A DNA stretch of 62,900 bases, filler included, from Hausera hauseri (taxonomy: Eukaryota): the NCBI GenBank assembly GCA_046269625.1. It is 11 parts of 11 records of this genome, joined end to end, with 100 filler letters (N's around TTAATTAATTAA, not from the genome) between each part and the next. Parts side by side here need not be neighbours in the genome. Positions count along the whole stretch, not along the records: positions 50,154 to 58,340 come from JBJURY010738765.1; positions 58,441 to 62,900 come from JBJURY010569672.1; 9 more parts are not named here. One strand, given 5' to 3'. Under the pieces are notes generated by a model. That model did not search any database and was not told the DNA's origin. It saw nothing but the letters and a program-made list of their open reading frames with translations. Both the position numbers and the translations under genes were made by a program. Shown piece by piece: positions 51,214-62,900 of this stretch (position 1 is its first letter; each line of letters begins with the position of its first letter).

Positions 51214-54200
51214 ATGGACTCTTCACCAACCATTGATACCACTGACAAAATTACCTCTAAAACATCACATTATGCTTTTAACCAAAAATCGTCTACCGTA
51301 ACCACGCCATCTACTTTCACCAGCTATACATCTCCACCCCGCCAGGCAAACACACTTCTTCTCAGTATATGGAGTATTTTATCGATCACAAAAAATCCAG
51401 CAAAACCTGGCTCAGCTTTCACAAACTTTGGCTGCAGTCTAATAACATTACTGATCCCTCAGCAAAAGCTCATAGTTTGCTTTGTCTCTTACCAAATACA
51501 GTTAAAACTTCTCTTCACAACATTTTAGACATTTTTCAACAATCCGACCCGTACGCACATCTCTATAACGTAGTCTTAAAACTTACCGAACCGTCTATGA
51601 ATTCCATAATCCATAGATTCTTTAATGATAACGCCATGGGAAAACTAAAGCCTTCTGAGTTCGGACGTACATTGTTGGCTCACTTACAAACTCTAAGTGT
51701 AACTAGACAGCATAATTCAGATCTTGTGCGAAGATATTTCTTAAACGCGTTGCCTATACAAATTAGGGCACTCCTTAGCGTTGTCGAGAAATCTACAGCG
51801 TTGGATAAATTGGTGGAATTAAGTAATATATCACATGAAGTGCTACAATTGAATTCCCAACCAATTGTATCAGCAGTGGTCACAACAAGCGACAATCAAC
51901 TCCATATAACAATAGAACAACAGTTGAGCCAATTACACGCTGAAAATTTAGCACTACAACAGACAATGAATAACATTAATAATAGGTTGAACGATTTATC
52001 ATCATCACGATGAAGTGTTCCTATTCATAATCATACTCGTTCCGTTTTCAAAAACAGGTCACCATCGCCTGCACGATCTTTTGTGTGCTACTATTATAGC
52101 ACATTTCATAATAAAGCTAATAAATGCTGTTTATGGTGTAGATATTACACTTAAAATTTACATTCAGACAAGATCGTTTGCATGTACCATATGAAATTTG
52201 GATTCCACGTTCAGAAATGTCTTTCAGGCTGAAATTAGAAGAACAACGCTAATTATGCTACCGACAGACATTCTATTTCCCCTAGTAATAATCGGCCAAT
52301 CTCACCAATCCAAAAAACTAATTTCGCCGCCAGTACCCACGGCAGAGTCTGGCAAAGGCAACGTCTCTAATACTACCTGCCGACACACTTCTTTTGCAGT
52401 CTTCACACTAAAGGCTTCGATAACCACACCAACTACTCAAGCCATATTCTTCATTATCGACAGAAGCGTTGCGGTTTCTTTGCTACCACTCACTCTCCCT
52501 GTACAAAATTCACCATTTAAAGCTAAATCGTTATTTACGGCTTCAGGACAACCGCTTGACATTTCAGGTACATCTAAATTGTCGTTCATCTTACCAAAAT
52601 TTTAGTCCACGTTTCATTGGACGTTTACCGTCGCTAACGTCCGCACAGCAATCCTAGGTTCGGATTTCTTATTGAACTATAATCTTTTAGTTGATTGCAA
52701 ACAACAATGTCTGAAACGTAACACTACTGGATATCTTACCGAGCAAATAAATGGTATATCCACCAAGGCTCAAACGATCTACCTGCGGAAGCCTATACTC
52801 AAAAAGCCCGTAAGTAATCCAGATTTCTTCAACAACCATTCTTCATTTCATAAATTCTTTAATGGTAATATTAATATTCAATAGAGATTTGATTCTCACA
52901 ACTATGATTGCGTTGGTTCGGTATATTCATTAGATAAACTTACCTCTTTAAACACTATTTTTAATAGTACTGTCCAACACCAAATTCCTCCTGATTTCCA
53001 TAAGTCGCAAACATATTTCGTGATAGCATACATTGACGCAACACCACAACCAACACACAATCAATCGCAATTGCCTGAAAGTCTTCGGCAATGCATAAAA
53101 AATTCATGCCCCCGCTTAATTCAGAAAGATCGAACCTTCACACCTACAAACAGCACTTTTCATCACATTATAACGCAATACCAAAGACCTATTCGTCAAA
53201 AGGTACGTCCATTGTCACCTCGTCGTAGGCAAGCTATCGAAGTGGAAATTTTAGACCTTGAACGCTCCGGAATCGTAAGCAGATCTAAATTACCGTGGTC
53301 TTTTCCTTTACACGTAGTTTAAAAAAAGATGGATCTTTCCGACCATGCGGTGATTATTGTCAGCTAAACACTTTAACTGTTATGGACGCATATCCTTTTC
53401 CGTTAATTAAGGATATTCTGCACCGGCTCAATTCCACTACAGTATATCCAACCATTGACTTAGCGAAGGCATATCATCAAATCCCTGTAGCACCCGAGGA
53501 TATCGAGAAAACTGCTGTTACGACACCTTTCGGTCTATACGAATACATTTATATGCCTTTTGGTTTACTCAACGCTGCACAGACTTTCCAACATCACATC
53601 GACTCCATCCTCTCGGATTTCACTTTCGTGCACCTATATATCGAATATATCGTGATTGACTCCTCTTCAGCCAAACAGCGTGAGAAACACCTTCATTCCA
53701 TTTTCGAACGACTTAACCACCATAATCTACAAATTAATCTTACGAAATTTTACTTCTTTCAAAAGAGTATTAACTTTCTCGGACACAACATTTTATCAAA
53801 TGGTCACTCTTCTCAGCCAGAACGTTTTGAAGCTCTCAAAAGTATACAACTATCTCGAACGACACCAGAAATGAGGAGCTTTTTTGGAACTTTGCACTTT
53901 GTTCACAAATATGTGCCGTACTGCTCTGAACTTACCGCACCATTTGCCCACCTAAGCGGCGGAAAAAACATCAGCCAATCCAGTGGACACCTGATCTGGT
54001 CGATAAGTTTGACAAGCTTCGTGAAGGAATTAAGACCGTGGACATTCTCGCTTTCGCTAAGCCTGACGTGGAACTTATTTTTACTACAGACGCTTCAACC
54101 ACTGCGGTAGGTGCAGTGCTTCATCAAATATACAAAGGAGAAAATCAACCACTAGAATTTTTTTCTCGTAAGCTGACATCCATTGAAACTCGGTATTCAA

Positions 54201-56003
54201 CGTTCGATAGAGAATTATTGACCATCGTACTCGCTTTGAAGCATTTTGCTCACCTACTGGTCGCTCGCCGTTTTACCATACAGACCGATCACAAGCCCTT
54301 GCTAAACATCATGGCTATGAAACATCCTTCCTCACGTCAAAAACGACAAATATCCTATCTGTCGACGTTTAACTTCGACATAAACATTAACGGCGTCAAT
54401 AATTTGGTTGCCGATTTCTTATCAAGAACGGTTGGTTCAATTATCTTTTCACCCATCTTCACTTAAGCACAACTCCAACAGAACCAACCACCTCAGGACA
54501 TGCTTAAATCTTTTAAGTCTTGTACAATTGTTGACGGCGTGACTTTAGACACTTCCAAACCGGGTCATTCCGTAATAATTCTCGCACCACCTTTACAACA
54601 GCAAGCGTTTAACTGTGTACATTCCTTGCATCATTCTGGTGCTAAGGCGACTTTTCGCTTACTCCACCGATAAGTAATATGGCCTACTATGGGTTCTGAT
54701 GTACAAGCGCGGCTTGCCAGAAATTTAAAATTACCAAACATTTGAAGCCACCACTTTATCATTTCCCTTGCACATCACGTTTCGAGTCTGTTCATGTTGA
54801 TCTCGTTGGCCGTCTTTCTCCTGTCAATGGCCATCAGTTCATCTTAACCATGAAGGATCGTTCCTCACGTTGGCCAGATGCTGTCCCACTATGGAGCTCT
54901 AACACGGACGCAATAGCCGACATATTAATACGTACTTGGATTAACAGATTTGGATCCCTAGATTTATTATTACAGACCAACGTACTCAGTTCGAGTACAA
55001 TTTGTTTAAATCGCTCGTTAACCGATTAGGAATCAGACATATTCACACTTTACCATATTACCCCAATCGAACAGTCTTTTAGAGAGGTTCCACAGAATAC
55101 TAAAATCGTCACAGAGAATCCTCGCAGAATACAATAGCAGTTGGACTACTTTTCTCCCGTTAGTTCTTCTAGGTTGGCGTAACACCCCCTCTACTTCCAG
55201 TGGTTGTTTACCTACGGAGGCATTATTCGGAACAGCTGTACGTTCATTATTTGAACTAACTGGCTTGGATAACACACCTACAGACGAAACTATCCGAACA
55301 GCACAGAATCACTTTGTCTCAGTTAGCAAAGATTCATTCTACAGGATACTAAATAACAATAAAACGTACCTACCGGAGGATTTATATGCGACAAAGTTTG
55401 TCTGGTTGAGAAACCAGACGCCGTGTAGTTTCCAACCACGGTACCCGGAACCTTACAAAGTCGGCTAATTACATTTCCACAATGTTATTATTCTCAAAGA
55501 TGGCAAGGAACTAGCGGTGCACACCAACAACGTAAAGACTACCTTTTTCGTTGATTATGCCCCTCAAATTGAACCACCTACGTCTTTTCTGACTCATCCG
55601 CATTTTCTCCTTTCAGTTTCTACACCTCCTGCACCCTCTCCCATTCCGACTGGTACACCTACTCCTTTACCAGAACCTACGCCAAACTCCTTTTCTACGA
55701 GCCTTCCAACCTTACTTTCCTTTTCCCCTACACCCCTTTTCCGGCTGCTTTTTTGTCTCTAAACAACACCACAACCCCAACTAAAAAACAACGTTGTTCT
55801 ACCTCAATCAACCCTGCAACCAGATTCGAAGACATGAAAAAATTGCAAATCTGTCACCTTCAGTACCTACAGTAGAGTGCTAAATACTGAAGGAATACAA
55901 CGCCTTGTACATACAAAGACCACATAATTGGTCCACACTGTTCCGTTATTGTTCGTTTTCCCTCTTACCTGTATAATTCACACCTTGTCATGGGTGGGGG
56001 TGA
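51214..56003 (+). mobile_element. Near full-length degraded family A Ty3/gypsy element (gag-PR-RT-RH-IN-PPT)
   Basis: MDSSPTIDTTD gag start; RPCGDY, YMPFGLLNAAQTFQ, TDASTTAVGAVL, TDHKPL, HVDLVG. PPT GGGTGGGGG is followed by TGT at 56004. Confidence 0.95.
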
Positions 56004-57729
56004 TGTTGTGCCCAACGAAGTCGAGTTTTATTTATTTATTTATTTTTTATTACTTGTAAATATAATATTGTTTCCTTTTCCATTATTATTTATTTGCAAT
56101 TGGCGAAGAATTGGTGCACTTTTAATGTTTTACCTAGCCGTTCCGGAATACCTCAATAGAACTACATCTACCCAAACAATCCACGGGTGCAGCGCGTACA
56201 ATAATATGCAATTAACCAATTATCTCAATTCTTGAACTAATCAATGTTACCGTTAAAGGAAATTTGAAAACTAGCAAAAGAATTGTTACTTCAAATGGAA
56301 AAATCAAAGGTTTCACCGATACTATTTTAAATTATCACTAGTGCAGGTAATCAGAACGTAAAAAATTTTGCTGCAGTACATTCAAATTTCCCGTCAAAAG
56401 AAATTGGAAAGTCGATGACAATAATGACGATCTTATTTTCGAAAATGACCGAGTTTACGTTCAGAAACATTACTGACCTCATTATCAAAAATAAAGTTAT
56501 AAAGAATTTAGCTGGCCCGTTTGCATGGCTATTTAAAGACTTATAATACTTTATTAAATCTCAAGAAATGCAGATATTTTATGGTGCATTCAGTTCCCTA
56601 TCAGTATTTCGTCCAAAATGGTTTGATAAAACCCCTCGACATCAACAGCAGTCGGAATTCGTATTCAAATCCTGTTTTATGGACTAAACAAACAAAAAAG
56701 GGCATATCATGGCCTTGACCTGTATCTATCGAACATTTCTGAGAGCACAGAGTTGTGGTAAGCCCGAAAATATCTGTTTAAATTCTAGTGATAATCTTGA
56801 ACGGAAACACTCTGTTTTTTTAATCCCCTCAAAAGAAAAAAATCTTGATGTATTTTATTTTATGTTTCAATTCTCTCGTCAGAATTATATTCCAGCGACA
56901 AATTTTGAGCTAGTATTGCTTCTAAAAGGAATGGCTAACGTTTCTACTATATTTCTGCTTTTCTCTCATAATAACAGATTTTATCAAAAGTTATGGCATT
57001 GATTGTTAGAGTTTTTATGTAACTAGACTTATGTGGCAAAAATTGATTTTTAGTTTTGAATTTAAATAAAATAATAAAACTTGTATGCTGAGGCATAATG
57101 TTTGTTAATGATTTTAATGTACTTACAAAGGAACAACAACTTAGGAGTTAGAAAGCAGTCAGAATGAACTTAACTATGTGATTGTTGAATTTAATAGACA
57201 GTGAATGTAATATAAGAAATCTTGTATTCAGTGACTTTGTTTTTATTGCCATAGAACACAAAACACAAAAGTTTTATTGTATAACAACTACATATAACAG
57301 TTTAAATACACTAAATATGCAAGTCTTAAAAATTTAGAATTTTTCTTCGTTTCGTGTCTTTCACACCAATGTTCATTATGATATCATAAATGATCATACA
57401 TGGAGTGAATAATTCAATATCTTATCGGACTCTTGTTGGTAATTGGGCTTCAGGTATAATGCTTGATTTGTGAAATATACCACTTTCAACTGTATCACTT
57501 AATTGTTTAAGAAGATTGGTAATATCGAAATCCTTTTCATAAGTGTCAATTTCAGTAGCATAGACATTAGAGTGATAGATCATTGCCAGTTGATCCGCAT
57601 ATTTATCAAACGTTTTTTGCTCTCATCTGAACTTTCACCATTTGTTGTTTTACAGTCTTCCGAACTTTCAAAATGCTATTAAAATAATTAAAGAGTATAT
57701 TGAACACAAAATTATACGTTTAATAGCAA

Positions 57730-58340
57730 TGCACAAAAATGCCACTTAGGGTGCAAATTTTAAAATCAGAGATATTATACAGATAACGTTATTTGCACAT
57801 ATCGTGCAAAATTCAGACATAATGCACGCAGATGCATTCCTGGTTGCACTTTGAAAAACAAATCTCATCATGCAAATGACGAACACACAAACCTCCCTTC
57901 TAACAGCCGCCCTGTTTTTCCTTTTTCAAAGAACTAATTTCGCCGCCAGTACTCATGGCAGAGTCTGGCAAAGGCAACTTCTATACTACTATCTGCCGAC
58001 ACACTTATTTTGCAGTTTTTTCACTAAAGGCTTCGATAACCACACCAACAACTCAATCCATAGATTTCCTTATCGACACAAGCGCTGTGGTTTCTCTGCT
58101 ACCACTCACTTTCCATGTACAAAATTCACCATTCAAAGCTAAATTGTTATTTACGGCTTCGGGAGAACCGCTAGACATTTCTGGTGTATCTAAATTGTCT
58201 TTCACCTTACCAAACTTCCAATCCATGTTTCATTGGACGTTTACTGTCGCTAACGTCCGTACTGCAATCCTAGGTTCGGATTTCTTATCGCACTATAATC
58301 TTTTAGTTGATTGCAAACAACAATGTCTGAAACGTAACAC
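57730..58340 (+). mobile_element. Family A gag end plus protease fragment
   Basis: Knuckle remnants, DFLIDTSA and AILGSDFL; very similar to 52300-52720. Confidence 0.9.
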
Positions 58341-58440
58341 NNNNNNNNNNNNNNNNNNNNNNNNNNNNNNNNNNNNNNNNNNNNTTAATTAATTAANNNN
58401 NNNNNNNNNNNNNNNNNNNNNNNNNNNNNNNNNNNNNNNN

Positions 58441-60013
58441 AAAGGTGGGAAAGGGTGTTGGAAAAAAAAAAAAGCAACACGACTCCAACATGCCAGAAAC
58501 CCAAAAACGGAATCCATCCACCCGAACTACGAAACCCGGCCGCCAAGGTACACCAACCAATACACACCAGCGAGGTGAACAAAATCGACGAGCGTACCGC
58601 CTCGATGAAACAAGCCCGGTCCGAAGATCGGAGCCACAGCTCTGCGAGCCAACTGTCCGAGAAACCTCCAAGCTCCGTGCCGTTCGTATTCAGATTATAT
58701 GACGGTACGAGAGCTACTGCAACGAAGCCGATTTGTGCGGCACCTCACCAGGTTGCCCGAGAACGACCCGTACTGTCTCCCAATTGGGCATCTCCGACGG
58801 TTTTATGCAGACGGAGACAGCCGACGTTTATTTGACTCCTCCGCTTTTCTACCGGTCTTTATAAGAGTGATGGCGGCTGCAGACCGGATGTTCGAATCAC
58901 TTGTTCCCTCTGAGAGCCAGTTGATTCCGGACCAGAGAATCTCCGTCTCCCGGCGGGTCAGGGCGTACAACTCCGACACAAACGACCAACCAATTCCTCC
59001 TCGTCGATTTCTCAGGACGGCCCCGTCTCTATCCTCCACGGAAGAGTCTCACTCGTCGGCAGACGACGATTGTAATGTTAATAAACATTATGATTCTTAT
59101 GCTGTTGTCTTCTACCGATTTTTTACATTCGCTTTTTCCTACTGTTTTTTGGTGACGATGTTGCTAAATAGGGTCAGGAACTCTAATAAAGCAATAAGCA
59201 CAAAAACGGTGGCAGCGGTTACCGCATTCACGCCCTATAGCACAAACGCAGCCGTTGAAATAAATCCGCCTTAAACACTTCACACAGCCGTTGAAATCAA
59301 TCCGGCTAAAATTCAGCGTAATCCCGTCGAAACCAATTGCGCTACACTCACTCACGTCATCACTCGAGATCACACAACACCCGCTGACAATATCTTCAGC
59401 GCGGCTATCATTCATGCAATCAGAACGAGTGGTGCTGACCAAAAGTCAAAGCCTGAACATCCAAGCCAGGTTTCACGCACCAAAACAGTCAAATCGGCAC
59501 ACAATTCCGATGACACAACAAAACTGCAAGTGATGCCATTTTTCATACGCGGATTAAGCAACACGAAAGCATATCGTTTCGTGACACACATGTCGGTTAA
59601 GGCAATGCTACAACAGTTCGCCATTTCATATCCGGGCCACATTTTTTCACAACGCGAAAATGTTGCGTCCATGGGATAGTCCAATGTCGGATCATTTCCC
59701 TGCAAACAATGCAAGACTGCTCGCTACTCCCATACTAAAAGGAGCCGTCGACACTAACACGTCTGACAAGAAAGCCGAAACTGTATCATCAGCACCGGCG
59801 AGACCTCCAAAACTAGCATGTCCAACCTTCTTCATAGGTTCGGACGGAATTCCATTGAAGCGGTTTCATGTGTTTGAAACATGGGCTACTCAATGCAGTA
59901 TCACCGGCCAAGTAAACAAGGCCTTAACACTCATTAAATACCTACAGCCAACAACGCTGGCAGCCATAAGGGATCTAGACACGCTACTTTCAGATGAAAA
60001 ACCGTTTTGTTGA
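58441..60013 (+). mobile_element. Family C retroelement 5' region: long leader ORF with a TM-like segment, then a gag-like N-terminus
   Basis: Homologous to 1-441. PKLACPTFF...RFHVFETWATQCSI...KALTLIKYL resembles the gypsy capsid N-terminal pattern. Confidence 0.5.
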
Positions 60014-60243
60014 GTTGACTGAATAACATTGTGAATGTAATTAACATTCGCACTCATTGCGTGTCTTTGATTCTAGTTTTAATTGTGATTCTGATTACAT
60101 AGACTGTGTTAAATTCAGATAAATAATCGAAATTAATTTGACACTATTTAGTCTGTCTTTGTGTAAACTTTTCAATCTTTTCACTTTTTCTTATGGACAA
60201 TGAAATTTTGTTTTCAATTTTTATGGACAATTGAATTTTGTTT

Positions 60244-60680
60244 TCAATTTTCTCCTGATGGGTCTACTAATAGTCTTTCTTCCATTGCATCCTTAAGGCT
60301 AGCCCAATCAGCTTTATCTTCTTCATCCTTTATTTGTGTATACCCACTAAGCGCCATACCTTTGAGACGCAAGGGAAGCCTCTTCATCCTGAACTCATGT
60401 GTCCAGTTGAAACTTTCGGAATACATTTCGTATTGCATAATAAATTCTGCATAATCCCGGTCATGTTTAGCCTCATATTTCTCCATTGGCAATACCATAT
60501 TTCCTAACAGATTGCTAACTAGACTTGCACTTAATCCGGAATTCGACATATTTGTAAATTTGTTTAAATCTATCAAGGGATTTGTATCAGATTCGGAACT
60601 ACTTGCCGAATCTGTAGCAGAAATTGTTTTATTATTAGCGTGTGCTTTACGTTTATTGCGTAAAGAATACGACGCCAGTG
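60244..60680 (-). mobile_element. Gag N-terminus of a further LTR retrotransposon (family D), truncated
   Basis: ASYSLRN start; EFIMQYEMYSESFNW..EFRMKRLPLRLKGMALSGY...W..LK fits the retrotransposon gag pattern. Confidence 0.8.
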
Positions 60681-60686
60681 TGCCTT

Positions 60687-60702
60687 CTCACTCGGGGCAC
60701 CA
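60687..60702 (-). promoter_or_regulatory. Primer-binding site, complementary to an elongator tRNA-Met 3' end
   Basis: TGGTGCCCCGAGTGAG begins 1 nt after a ...CTTATCA LTR end and lies just upstream of gag. Confidence 0.7.
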
Positions 60703-60703
60703 A

Positions 60704-60998
60704 TGATAAGTTTATAGGTGTAAGGAAAATTGGTCTTACGACCTAAAACTTATACGTTCGTTACTCTTGTCTGAAGGTTCTCCTTTTTCAGACTCAAATA
60801 TTAATTATCAGTCTATAGCAATTTGTGGATTGCCGATAACTTAGTTAATTTATTGCGACTTACGGTGTGAGTCTCTTCAGTGGACACACTGACGATACTC
60901 CCCCTTATTTAAGTGATTTTAGGTACCGGATTTTACTGTCCGGTACAAAAGACAGAAGGGCCCTTAAATTTGTTACTTATCCTATTTCTATAGGTACA
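60704..60998 (-). repeat. Family D 5' LTR (distal boundary uncertain)
   Basis: Its CA end abuts the PBS. A candidate TG start lies near 60998. Confidence 0.45.
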
Positions 60999-62900
60999 AT
61001 TTATTAAAGATTACTCAATTATACTACAAATATGTCTAATCAAAAACAATCAATACTAAAATAATTTATTAATTCTTAAATAAAGTTATAAAATGATATA
61101 ACAAAAACACTCTAAGAAATGATATAACAAAAACACTGACATGAATTGAACAGATGCATTACGATAAGTTGTGTTGTGTTGTGTCAATAGTTCCACTATT
61201 TATATCTTTTTAAAAGTGCGTAATTTCAGGAGAAAATTGAAAACAAAATTTCATTGTCCATAAGAAAATGTGAAAAGATTAAAAATGTGCACACGAATAG
61301 ACTAAATAGTGTCAAATTGTAGTCTATGAAATCAAAATCGCAATAAAATTACAAGTGTTATAATCACAATTTAATTCAAATTGCAAACATAGTCAACGAT
61401 TATTTCAGATTGCGAACACAATCAACGACATGAGGACAGATTACGATCACTATGATCACATTGTTATTCATTTGATTCAGCAACCCAATTGGTCGACCAG
61501 AGTTTCAATCCATACTGCGTATAAAAAATTTGTCTCGTAACGTATTCTCGTAAGATTGCTTTTATATATTACTACTTCATTCACTTGCATCGCTCATGAT
61601 ATGTCGGAAATATGTGTTAAGCGTGATACGCTGCTTCTAATGTCACTAAATGAGGTGACGCACCATTTGAGCGATGTTCTGCTTTCTGTGTTGTCTATGC
61701 ACCTGTGTTGACATTCAACAGGTATTCGCCTCAACCAGACAGGCAAGAAAGACACTTTAGGTGTATCGGGTCTTATTCGTGTCCAGAAAGTAGTTCATAA
61801 GATGGAACACATATCTCCCTGAGACCTGAGATGTGGTATATGTCGTATGATTGCAATTTCTGCTTCCGTCAGTTTCCAATTTCATTAGTCAGTTTATTCG
61901 TATGTATATCAGGGTAACAAATTGTCTTCTGTTTATGGTAATGACATTTCGAAGAGACTGTACAACTCTCTCTTTCTGTCGTCCAATCGCCGATAAATTT
62001 GACTTCCTGACCATGATCTATTTATTCATTCAAGTAGTATTCTGATGCCGTGACTGGATGCCATTTATGATTCATATGGTAGCGTTTCTTTGGTGTTGGC
62101 ACTGTGATTTCGTTAAGGGCTATCATGTATACCGGGCAAAAGTTTAAGAAATATTTCCCACAAACCAGCCAAAACATCGCCTCAACATTTCAACAAATCG
62201 ATTTTGTCACTAATATTTATTAGAGAAAATAAACTACACTTTTATTAGCGGTTTTGACTTAATTGACCTGTATTTTGATTATACATGTAATCTAATAATC
62301 CATCTAATTAATTAAAATAGCAATCACAGCTCAAACAGTAACAACTTATCGGGGATCTCTTATTCTCGAGTCTCATGATGATTTGCATTTGGTTGGGCCA
62401 TCTTAAAGAATTTATTGTACGTTTCGGGAATCAAGATAAACTAGCGTAACTATATTGTACAGTTCCGATTATGTGTGACAAATTAGACGAAGTTTGGTTA
62501 TCTGACAATTTGGTCTATACAAATTGATAAATAACTACAGAGATAGGAAAGACGACTTACCTATAAAATAATTTTTTGAAATTTGACTGAGACGTTGAGT
62601 TAAGTTTTGTTTGTCAGGTTGTATTTATACCACTCTGGTTTAATTTTTTATTCTATTGAGATTGTTATTATTAATTTCCATAATTGTGGAAGTCGGGTCT
62701 ATGCGGCGGTTTAATTCTAGAAATCGGTTTGATGCTTTAGATAAATGCTTCTCTTAGGGAACTCTTTTGGGGTAATTGATTTCAAGAATTCGATTTCATG
62801 TTCCTGTCTATTTGGATAAACTTTGCAGCTGTCGGTGTTTAGGTTTCTGTAGGGAGATTTGATTCATTTAACCAGGGGCATTTAAATAATTGTGGCAGTT

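Larger units (their letters stand above)
4885..58440. other. Ten artificial 100-nt contig linkers at 4885-4984, 9591-9690, 14562-14661, 20591-20690, 26178-26277, 30629-30728, 34853-34952, 42093-42192, 50054-50153, 58341-58440
   Basis: Each is 44 N + TTAATTAATTAA (stops in all six frames) + 44 N. Identical length and content indicate an assembly spacer. Confidence 0.98.

Noticed and set aside
1-62900. CRISPR array or prokaryotic defence/retron system
   Set aside because: There is no repeat-spacer array. All RTs are LTR-type with RNase H and integrase, and the host genes are eukaryotic with spliceosomal introns.
61500-62900. Possible degraded Cys-rich coding sequence
   Set aside because: All frames are heavily interrupted and show no recognisable family.

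Overview
This window is not one locus. It is a concatenation of 11 short contigs from an AT-rich eukaryote (probably an invertebrate animal), joined by ten identical 100-nt linkers (44 N + TTAATTAATTAA + 44 N). Adjacency across linkers is therefore artificial. The content is mostly degraded transposable elements plus fragments of host genes (XRN1, NOMO, ARMC4/ODAD2, ANKHD1/MASK-like, Neurexin-IV/CNTNAP-like, secreted EF-hand genes). Family A is an ordinary Ty3/gypsy element present as 5 pieces, with a double Cys/His knuckle and a conserved -1 frameshift/pseudoknot signal. The most unusual element is family B, a large Ty3/gypsy-type endogenous retrovirus (roughly 14-15 kb or more) that can be pieced together from four overlapping, diverged copies (26278-32784 and 34953-50053). 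Its inferred order is: long helical ORF-A carrying a ubiquitin-like domain; internal signal sequence and a chuvirus-like envelope glycoprotein; then, in the same frame, PR-RT-RNaseH-IN; a second type I membrane protein with an FN3-like motif; a probably spliced RING-HC protein; PPT; LTR. Env lies upstream of pol, and no canonical gag is visible in the recovered sequence. All copies are pseudogenised. Protein family calls come from motif recognition by eye, not from database searches.
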